Shown here piece by piece: positions 56,329-64,000 of a stretch of 64,000 nucleotides of DNA. The stretch comes from a virus. The stretch lies in IMG/VR virus record IMGVR_UViG_3300025853_000046, positions 1 to 64,000 of that record, one strand, 5' to 3'. The translations under genes were made by a program, and so were the position numbers. Numbering within the stretch: position 1 is the first letter of the stretch; every line of letters starts with the position of its first letter. Under the pieces are notes generated by a model. That model worked only from the letters and a program-made list of their open reading frames with translations. It had not been told where the DNA came from and did no database searches.

Positions 56329-58662
56329 TTATTCCTCCTCATCATATACCATGTCGTATAATTTTTTATATAAATTTTCATATTTCTTTCTTAGTGATGC
56401 GGCTGTCTTAACCATTTGTAGATTTTTGACTCCCAATTTCTCTAAGAGTTCGCCCTCTTCATCTTCTGCTAATCCGTCAATTATATTTATAACTTTTCCT
56501 AAACGAAGGTAGTCTTCACCGAAGTATTCTGTTGGATGGGCATTTTGAAGTAGAGCCTTTACTTCTCTCCGCTTCTTTGGTGGAAGAGAAGATATATCTG
56601 CCTTTTCTAATGATTTACGAAGAGGGTCACTGGCAGTTCCTCTTTTCTTTCGTGGTAAATCTCTTCGACCCCTGTAATCTTTACTCGGCCCAGCAGGGGG
56701 CTTAGGTTTATTTTTAAAATCCTCAACTTCCTTTGGGTCATATTTAGGTCTTGCATCTTCTTTTCTTTTAGAACGAATTTTTTCTTCTTGTTCCGATGTC
56801 GTAACAGGGCTAATTTCCTCATCATAAGTTTCATCAGGTTGAGTTATAGGTTTTGGTTTAACTCCCAATCTATCTGCAATTGTATCTTTTTTACTTGGTG
56901 AAGCAACTGAAAAGGTTTGGTCTAAAACTAAAAGTAATAGTCCGATAACTGTATCATCGCCAACCTTTTCTGATAATAATTTTTCTAATCTCTCTACCTG
57001 TTTCTTGGATAAAAGTTCTTTATAAGAAGGGTCGAATAAATATCGAGACATCAAAGGTATAAAATTTTTATTTTTAAATTCAGCACCATTTACTATTTTT
57101 TGAACTCTTTGTGTTTTTATAACAGGTGTTAATTTTTTACCCCCAATTACAGACATATTTTTTATTAATTTTGTTAACAGTGGATTATTTCTACTGGTAA
57201 GCCATTCAACCATGTAAGGAAGTGTAACATCATCAAAACCAGCATCAGTAGTAGAACTTCTTATATCTTTTACAGATGGAATACCTTTTGCGTTAAATAT
57301 ATCTCCGACTAAATTATCCATAAATTTTTGATAATTGGTTACTTTAGGTATAGGTGCGTATTTAGTTTCCATCCAATTAGATACCCTTTCAAACTCTTCA
57401 GGGGTGTATCTCTTACCAACAGGTAAATTAAGTTCTGCTTCATTAACCAAAAAATTAATATTTTCCTTAACTGTTAATGTGGCTCTCGTAGCACCTTGTC
57501 TATTTAGTTTAATTTTAGCAACTGGATATTGCTCTCCACCAATAGTTTGCATTGATATTTCTACCATATTTTTTAAATTGCCTATAAATTTATTTAAAGT
57601 ATTTCCACCCGTAGAAGTAGATGTTGATTCTATCAACTCCATAATTTTATCAAACTTATTTTTATTTTTCTCTCTATATTTATTAATTGTAGGGGAATCT
57701 TCCCCATCTATAAATTTATCTAAAGCGATAATAAAGGAATCAAAATCAGCATTTGAAATCGGATACATTATTGTTCTTATTTGTGGTAGGTTTTGTTTCA
57801 TTTCAACTCTATCTATATCTTCTATATTATACCCATAATCTAAATAAAATCTTGTATTTAATTCTTCCTCAGCCTCATCAGAAGTTAAAGTAGATTCAGA
57901 AGTTACTTGTTTTATTTCCTCTCTTAAGTTTTTTATTTCCTCTCTTAAGTCCTTTATTTCTTTACCAAGAGATTCATAAATTGAATCTTGGGAAGGCGTT
58001 CTATAATCTAATAAATCAAATCTATCTTCCGCTGTTTTTAATTCTTTACTTGCTATACTTAATCTTTCTCTTAGTTTATCTTCTGTTCTTTTAACATTTG
58101 ATTTTGGTTTAAAATCTTGAAAATTACCCTTTCGTTTTTTTCTGTCACGAGTTTCTTTCGCTCTTAGTTTTTTACCTTCTTCTCTACTTTCTACACGGGG
58201 TTTTTCTCTTTCATCGAGATAAGGTTTATCTTCAGGAAGTTCCCTTCTTTTGAGTTTTTTAGGCATTCTTCTACCTTCTTCTCGATATTGTATAGTTTCA
58301 CTTTCCTTAAAAGGGTTAACTTCATCGTAATCAACAACATTTTCTTTGTAATGTTTAGCCGCTTCATCTATGGTAAGAGGAGTTTGTGCTTGAACTACTG
58401 TTTCATATACCACAGGAGGGCCTTTACTTTTTACCCTCTCAACAGGATAAAAGGAATCTCCACCCCGTCTTTTATATCCGTCACCTATAATTTCCCCGTT
58501 TTCATTTACCTTAATTGCCCCTTTTGAATTTTTTGTAGCCGTGAATGGATTATTTTTTGCTTCTAAAGGATTTTTTATTGCTTCATTAATTAACCTTTTA
58601 ATTTCTTTTACCGAAGTTCCTTTAGGTAAAGTAAAGGTCGCCTTTAGAATATCTTCCCACAT
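56329..58662 (-). CDS. Large charged hypothetical protein with W-x-x-I-L-K leader (777 aa)
   Basis: Starts MWEDILKA; coiled-coil segments. Confidence 0.75.
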   Translation of the reverse strand: MWEDILKATFTLPKGTSVKEIKRLINEAIKNPLEAKNNPFTATKNSKGAIKVNENGEIIGDGYKRRGGDSFYPVERVKSKGPPVVYETVVQAQTPLTIDEAAKHYKENVVDYDEVNPFKESETIQYREEGRRMPKKLKRRELPEDKPYLDEREKPRVESREEGKKLRAKETRDRKKRKGNFQDFKPKSNVKRTEDKLRERLSIASKELKTAEDRFDLLDYRTPSQDSIYESLGKEIKDLREEIKNLREEIKQVTSESTLTSDEAEEELNTRFYLDYGYNIEDIDRVEMKQNLPQIRTIMYPISNADFDSFIIALDKFIDGEDSPTINKYREKNKNKFDKIMELIESTSTSTGGNTLNKFIGNLKNMVEISMQTIGGEQYPVAKIKLNRQGATRATLTVKENINFLVNEAELNLPVGKRYTPEEFERVSNWMETKYAPIPKVTNYQKFMDNLVGDIFNAKGIPSVKDIRSSTTDAGFDDVTLPYMVEWLTSRNNPLLTKLIKNMSVIGGKKLTPVIKTQRVQKIVNGAEFKNKNFIPLMSRYLFDPSYKELLSKKQVERLEKLLSEKVGDDTVIGLLLLVLDQTFSVASPSKKDTIADRLGVKPKPITQPDETYDEEISPVTTSEQEEKIRSKRKEDARPKYDPKEVEDFKNKPKPPAGPSKDYRGRRDLPRKKRGTASDPLRKSLEKADISSLPPKKRREVKALLQNAHPTEYFGEDYLRLGKVINIIDGLAEDEEGELLEKLGVKNLQMVKTAASLRKKYENLYKKLYDMVYDEEE
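57911..57960. repeat. 21-bp tandem repeat (about 2.4 copies) encoding heptads EIKDLRE/EIKNLRE/EIK
   Basis: tttatttcctctcttaagt repeated with 21-nt period. Confidence 0.8.
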
Positions 58663-58664
58663 AT

Positions 58665-58913
58665 CTACACCTGTCTAAATTTTTTCGACATTTTAGGGCC
58701 GGGCCGAATAATTCCGGGGATAACAGGGTCTGCCTCAAAGTTATCAGGAGGAACTTCCGGCACATTCATTGTTAAATCCACAGTTTTCTTAGGCGTGGGT
58801 TCTGGTTTATTAGCCTTTCGCTCAAGGTCTGATAATTGTTTTTTCGCTTCATCTAATTTTCTTCTTATTATATCACTCATTTTTTCACTTTCCTTATAGT
58901 CTTCTTGAGGCAA
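58665..58913 (-). CDS. Small proline-rich hypothetical protein
   Basis: ORF filling the gap. Confidence 0.55.
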   Translation of the reverse strand: MPQEDYKESEKMSDIIRRKLDEAKKQLSDLERKANKPEPTPKKTVDLTMNVPEVPPDNFEADPVIPGIIRPGPKMSKKFRQV

Positions 58914-61626
58914 GGTTTGTTGCCTTTGGTGGATTTTGTTTTAAATATTCTTTAATTAATTTATTTGATAATTTTTTATAATCATCAAGTATTTCTCTAT
59001 TCATTGTAGTAAGATTATTCGCTGATTCATAAATTTCGTTATTTAAATTTTCCGAGTCTTCTAAGTCTCGTTCTCTACCCATTATTCGTTTCATTTCAAG
59101 GTAATCTTGTTCTTCCTTCATAGCCAAAGGGTAATCTTCTAACAACTTTAATTTACTTTTGAAAGTATTCCATGCTTGACGCATAATACCTGAAAATATA
59201 CTCATATCTTCTGTTTCTGATGAAAAGAGGGGCATTGGTTGGTAAGCATTAACATCAATTGGGAATACTTCACCTTCTCCCTCCCCTCTATTACCCAGTA
59301 ACCAGTGTAAATCCGGAGAAACAGTATCTTCTTGGGGTGAAAGAATACAAATAGCATTCTCAATGGCATATAGTTTAGGTTTAAAGGTAGATAAATAGTC
59401 GTTGCATATTTCAGTAATATAAGATAAAGTAACTTCTTTTAAAGAAGAATAATTATTTGTAAATAAATCATTTGGCATGTTTTTTAATTCAAACCATCCG
59501 TTCTGCGAGGCCCAAACTCTTAACGGCGTAAATAAATTATTTAAAGGAGTAATGCAAATGTCTACTCTACCCCCCGAATGTCCGTCTTTATCATGGTAAA
59601 AGGGGTCGAATGAAAAAAAGCCGTAACCACCTCTTTTTTCTCTAAATACCATAAAGCCTTCCCTTCTTCCAGTTAAAGTATCTTGTCTGACTTCTTCGTG
59701 ATAAAGCACTTGGTCGTGATTTTTCATATTATTTGCTTGAGTATAAGTATAAGTAGTAGCAACTTCTTCAGGGGTCATAGAAACTCTTGCTTCGGAAGTA
59801 TAACCTTCTCTACCAGCATAATAAGGTTTTTCAGGTAAATTTGTAATTAAATTTTTAGGCGAACTTATTATTCTATTAATAAGATTTACAATATCTACTC
59901 GTATGTCAAAATCTTGAAAATTTATTGAAAATTGTTTTGCATCATCTTGCCCACCATATTTACTTACACTTATTTCTTGCCTGTCGTAATTGATAATGAA
60001 TATAAAATTTTGGAATTTTTTTCGGTTTTGATATTTCTTTGGGGCTTGGTCGCTACTAATTCTTTTACCTGTATCAGTACGGATAAACATATCAATTGAA
60101 AAAACAAAAACAGAATCTAATTTATCTACTTTATTTGGGTAAATTCCCAGTGCAACTATTTCATCAACCAAATAGCCTATACCTGTGTAGTCACTTCCTT
60201 CCCTTATAAATATTCTATATTCCTCTTGGTCGAATATATCTAATAGTGAAACCCAATTTTGCCAGTATTTAGCAAAATTAACTTTTTCTGTTTCTGTTAA
60301 ACTATCATACCCCTTCCTATTACTTTTTTTAACCAAAAATTCTAAATCATCCGTTAGGTTAGGAATTGACTTTTTTACAGGGTATCTCTCAATTGAACTA
60401 TCTTGTGAAGATGGCGGCCTTGAACTTCTTTTTGTCCAACCCGACCTATCTCCCATCGCTAAACCAATTTTTGCTGTAATTAAATCGGCTAAAAGGCGTT
60501 TTCCACTATCATACTTTTTATCATTAAATAACCTTCTCGGTAAAGGTTTATATTTACCTGTGCTTTCCTTAAATATTGTTACTGAATCTTCTAAACTTAA
60601 TTTTATTCTTTCAATAGTTTTAGGTTGAATTAATTTTTTTGAAGCCCACTCGTCGAACCTAATATCTTGAGAAAATAAAGTATATTGTGTATTTATTGAC
60701 TTTAAGCCAAATAGTTTATTTAAACCTTTATCTACATAATTATTATTTAAAGAAAACACTAATAAATTATCTTTCGACTTACTTTTTCGTTCCATTTTTC
60801 TTTTTACCAGTCTTTTAGCCCATCTCCTAAATAAAGGAAATGCTTCAGGCGATACTCCGTATTTTTCATCAAAATCAAGTTCAAAATCTATTGAAGGTGC
60901 TAAGACATACAAGTCATTTTTTATTGCTTCGTCACTCTGTTGAACAGTGCTACGACGACTCGTTTTACTTAAAATATTAATCCCTTTTGATTTTTGTAAT
61001 TTAGAAATACTGGGAACAGTCGCAACTGGAAAAGTGCCAATTTTAAAACCGTAATCTGAACTCCAAGGGAATATTGCTACTATTACTTTCCTTATTGACG
61101 CAGGGCCATAAGCCCTCGAATCCTCCACTATTTTTTTAAATTGACGAAAATTAGTCTGTCTTTTAAAGTCTTCTTCATCTCCCACATAATTTTGCATAAA
61201 AGTATATGAGTAATCACTAATTTCTTCAAACCCGTGACCTGCATGTCTTTCAGTATTAAGTCGTGTTACAGTTTCACTAACTACAGTTTGTCCAGTATCA
61301 AAAGATTCCTTAAGAAGATTAAGTAATATAACTTTATCACTACCTTGTATCACTTCGTTTAAATATCTTCTAACCGTTTTTCCTCCCCCAACAATATCGT
61401 AATCAAACACAATTAAGCCCTGACTGTGAGAAATCAATTTTAATACTCCCTCTCTATCATCATTTAAAATATCATTGTAGACTTCGGGAGAAATATCTTT
61501 TCTTGATAACATTTCTTCTGTTGCTAATGTTTCCATACCGACTCTTAAATTCACAAATTTGATTTCTGTAAATCTACTTGTAAGATAGTCAATTTCATCT
61601 TTGCCCATTAAACCCTTGTAAATCAT
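58894..61626 (-). CDS. Large hypothetical protein (910 aa)
   Basis: Long ORF coupled to the portal gene; no recognisable motif. Confidence 0.75.
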   Translation of the reverse strand: MIYKGLMGKDEIDYLTSRFTEIKFVNLRVGMETLATEEMLSRKDISPEVYNDILNDDREGVLKLISHSQGLIVFDYDIVGGGKTVRRYLNEVIQGSDKVILLNLLKESFDTGQTVVSETVTRLNTERHAGHGFEEISDYSYTFMQNYVGDEEDFKRQTNFRQFKKIVEDSRAYGPASIRKVIVAIFPWSSDYGFKIGTFPVATVPSISKLQKSKGINILSKTSRRSTVQQSDEAIKNDLYVLAPSIDFELDFDEKYGVSPEAFPLFRRWAKRLVKRKMERKSKSKDNLLVFSLNNNYVDKGLNKLFGLKSINTQYTLFSQDIRFDEWASKKLIQPKTIERIKLSLEDSVTIFKESTGKYKPLPRRLFNDKKYDSGKRLLADLITAKIGLAMGDRSGWTKRSSRPPSSQDSSIERYPVKKSIPNLTDDLEFLVKKSNRKGYDSLTETEKVNFAKYWQNWVSLLDIFDQEEYRIFIREGSDYTGIGYLVDEIVALGIYPNKVDKLDSVFVFSIDMFIRTDTGKRISSDQAPKKYQNRKKFQNFIFIINYDRQEISVSKYGGQDDAKQFSINFQDFDIRVDIVNLINRIISSPKNLITNLPEKPYYAGREGYTSEARVSMTPEEVATTYTYTQANNMKNHDQVLYHEEVRQDTLTGRREGFMVFREKRGGYGFFSFDPFYHDKDGHSGGRVDICITPLNNLFTPLRVWASQNGWFELKNMPNDLFTNNYSSLKEVTLSYITEICNDYLSTFKPKLYAIENAICILSPQEDTVSPDLHWLLGNRGEGEGEVFPIDVNAYQPMPLFSSETEDMSIFSGIMRQAWNTFKSKLKLLEDYPLAMKEEQDYLEMKRIMGRERDLEDSENLNNEIYESANNLTTMNREILDDYKKLSNKLIKEYLKQNPPKATNLASRRL

Positions 61627-63284
61627 CCTACTCTCCTCTCGGTTCTTTTATCTACATTTTTATTTCCAGCGTCGCCGGGAAGTCCACTAAATCTTTTATC
61701 TGGTGGTGAAGGCATTCTTTTCTTTGGGGTATAGTCTGCCTTATCTGCTACTTCTCCCGCTACCTGCCCCTTTGTTTGACCGCTTAATAATGCTTGCTCT
61801 TGAAGTTGCCCTAATTGTGAGGAATCAATATTAGTTCCAGCATACTTATCAGTTTCTATTGGTGCGTCTTTTTTCTTATCAACATCAACTGTTGTAAGTT
61901 CTTCTGATGGGAATTTCTTGAATATAAAATCACCTTCTTCATTCATATCAACCTCGAAGCCGAGATTTTTCATTTGAATAGCAAGTGCGACTTCCATCTC
62001 CCTTCTACGAAGAACAGCAATTTCATCTTCTTCTTCCGAGCGTAAAAGTTGAACTCTCCAATCTGTTATTCCAAATTGTTCCATCATAAATGGAAATAGA
62101 TATTTATTATACACACTTTGGGCCATTTCAACTGCCCGATTAGTAACAAGTATTTGCATACCCTCGGAGTTAAGTCCACCGGAAGCCGTATTGTCTGCCA
62201 TAAAGATATTACTTACACCGTAAAACGCTGAGATTCTTGTTCTTAAGTCTTCCTTTACAGCAGTATAATCCATCTCTTTTAGACTGTTCATAAAAGGAAT
62301 CCATTCAACAGAACCACGAGAACCTCCCTCGGATTCAATACCCATGATAGGAATGTAATGGGGGTCTTGTTCTAACTTTTCTTTAACCCCTTTCCAATAC
62401 TTTACCAGAGACTCCATGTTGTTAGTCTGCACAGCAAGAATACCCTTTGGCGTTCTCATCTTTTGATATGAAGTGCTAATATAAGACTCCATAGCCTGTA
62501 ATGTAAATATGTAATTAAATAAAGTAATCACGGGCGGATGGCCGTATAATCTTGAAGGCCCATATTTACTAAAATGCACTACTTCTCCAGTAATATAATG
62601 CTGTTCCCCTTGTGCTGTTTTATTTGTAAATTCGATTGCTTCGAGAGAACTACCACATATCCCACATTTTTCATGCCGTTCTTCGGAAATAAACTCTCGG
62701 TGAGTTACACATGTAAATCTCGAATGCCCTCTATCTCCATCTTCATCAACTTCAATAAACATTGTAGTGGGGTCGCCTCTATAAATCTCATTAATCTTAG
62801 ACATGGCAATCCCCCCATCTTCTTCTAAATAATAATCCTTAACAAGAATTAAGAAAGCGTCATCCATAACATTGAGGTCTGTTTCTAATTCCTTGAGAAC
62901 ATCAATAAATAGTTGGTGTGAATCATTAACATGGTTTTTAAAGAAATTTTCAGCAAAGACTTTTTGATTGTAGTCGGGCCTTCTTAAATCTGTTGAACTG
63001 CAATTCATACATTCCTCTACATATTTTTGATGTTCATATCCACAAGAGTTACACTTAAGGTCAAATGCCTTTTTCCATTCATAGCCTCGGCGGAAAACTT
63101 CATTCTTAAGTTGAACTAAGCAAGTTCTAACAACTGTTGAATTTTTAGCAGTATCGTATAAATAACGCCCTGCATAATGTTGAGGGTATCTACGCTCTTG
63201 AATACCTAAATTATAAACATCCTTTTCCATAGGAATAGGAGTTCTTCTTCTTATCAATTGTCTAAATCTGTCTCGTAGCCCCAT
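61623..63284 (-). CDS. Portal protein with zinc-ribbon insertions
   Basis: EVVHFSKY..LYGHPP, PKGIL, EMDY..RISAFYGV; CNSC..CMNC and CVTH..CGIC inserts. Confidence 0.88.
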   Translation of the reverse strand: MGLRDRFRQLIRRRTPIPMEKDVYNLGIQERRYPQHYAGRYLYDTAKNSTVVRTCLVQLKNEVFRRGYEWKKAFDLKCNSCGYEHQKYVEECMNCSSTDLRRPDYNQKVFAENFFKNHVNDSHQLFIDVLKELETDLNVMDDAFLILVKDYYLEEDGGIAMSKINEIYRGDPTTMFIEVDEDGDRGHSRFTCVTHREFISEERHEKCGICGSSLEAIEFTNKTAQGEQHYITGEVVHFSKYGPSRLYGHPPVITLFNYIFTLQAMESYISTSYQKMRTPKGILAVQTNNMESLVKYWKGVKEKLEQDPHYIPIMGIESEGGSRGSVEWIPFMNSLKEMDYTAVKEDLRTRISAFYGVSNIFMADNTASGGLNSEGMQILVTNRAVEMAQSVYNKYLFPFMMEQFGITDWRVQLLRSEEEDEIAVLRRREMEVALAIQMKNLGFEVDMNEEGDFIFKKFPSEELTTVDVDKKKDAPIETDKYAGTNIDSSQLGQLQEQALLSGQTKGQVAGEVADKADYTPKKRMPSPPDKRFSGLPGDAGNKNVDKRTERRVG

Positions 63285-63286
63285 AC

Positions 63287-64000
63287 TTAATCCTCCTTAA
63301 CAATAGAATCCATTTCATTCATCAATTCCCACTTACAGTTATCCTTATACTTTGATATATTATCCTCTTGTATATCGTATTTTTCAAATTCGACTGAACC
63401 TTGATTACGAGCATCCTTCCAATTTTCCCATTTAATAAGTTTGAAAATTTCACTTACCCTTTCTTTAGCCCACGGTTCTTTCTTATAAAATTTCTTAATT
63501 TTAATAGCCTCTTGTAAAAGTCTCCCTTGTTCTTTTTTCATACGCAGGTGGGGTAGGCACTTGTCCAACAATTTTGTAATATCGTTTTGACTATAAAAGT
63601 TTAACCTGTGCTGACTCCGGTTATTCTCTCCTACCTTTTGGTCTAAATGTAGGCGGCCAATTTTAAGTTCCTTTTCCATTTCTTGAAAGAAAGCCCTACC
63701 TCTATCTCCCGTGGCAATCATACCTATACGGGGAGAGTAAGAAGAGTCCATAGTAATATAACCATCCGAATCAATGAATCCCGCTACATATCCGTAAAGG
63801 TCTTTCTTAATCTCATCACTAAGAATGTAGTAGTCACCGTTAACATTTGTTGCGTTAATTTTACGAAGCATTTTTGAAATAGTTTGCGGAGTAGTAGAAC
63901 GGTGGTAACTTTTAGGAAGCATCGAATGTATTGCATTACTTGAAATTCCGGGGTTGTTACAAATTGTTTTAATTATAATATTATCTAAAACATTCTGCCT
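63287..64000 (-). CDS. LAGLIDADG endonuclease-domain protein with upstream HTH-like region; 5' end outside window
   Basis: YVAGFIDSDGYI; LPHLRMKKEQ. The frame stays open from 63922 to the window edge (…NNPGISSNAIHSML). Confidence 0.85.
   Translation of the reverse strand, partial: RQNVLDNIIIKTICNNPGISSNAIHSMLPKSYHRSTTPQTISKMLRKINATNVNGDYYILSDEIKKDLYGYVAGFIDSDGYITMDSSYSPRIGMIATGDRGRAFFQEMEKELKIGRLHLDQKVGENNRSQHRLNFYSQNDITKLLDKCLPHLRMKKEQGRLLQEAIKIKKFYKKEPWAKERVSEIFKLIKWENWKDARNQGSVEFEKYDIQEDNISKYKDNCKWELMNEMDSIVKED

Noticed and set aside
880-63877. Numerous short antisense or alternate-frame ORFs in the six-frame track
   Set aside because: They overlap well-supported genes, lack SD sites and have the S/F/L/I-rich composition expected of shadow ORFs

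Overview
The window is a 64 kb segment of a tailed dsDNA archaeal virus (Caudoviricetes, HK97-type head, probably a long non-contractile tail). Its gene content fits the marine 'magrovirus' type that infects Marine Group II Euryarchaeota (Poseidoniales); this host assignment is an inference. It has two convergent arms. The + arm (1-24.6 kb) carries class II RNR, a block of accessory genes, GroES/GroEL and an archaeal-type replisome: RFC small and large-like subunits, RPA-like protein, RecA/Sak4-like ATPase, PCNA, PolB, HNH, Cas4-like nuclease, fused PriS-PriL primase, ERCC4 nuclease, MCM-like helicase and a DEDD exonuclease. It ends at a GC hairpin followed by a T-run. The - arm (24.7-64 kb) is the virion module: LAGLIDADG protein, portal, large unknown proteins, ATP-dependent ligase, prohead protease/scaffold, major capsid, adaptor, tail tube, tail chaperone with a -1 frameshift site, tape measure, tail tip/fibre and small membrane proteins. 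Three observations stand out. (1) A virus-encoded ubiquitin-like conjugation/deconjugation cluster at 1.7-5.7 kb: an E1-like ThiF enzyme, a JAMM isopeptidase with an intact motif, an unannotated 37-aa peptide between them ending GG-DD, and a protein with an E2-like GPICID cysteine motif. (2) A viral TFB-like factor and a histone-fold protein in the same block. (3) A shared N-terminal leader, M-(x)-W-x-x-[IT]-[LI]-K, on seven otherwise unrelated late-arm proteins, a candidate capsid-targeting/protease-cleavage signal. All calls come from reading motifs by eye; no searches were run.
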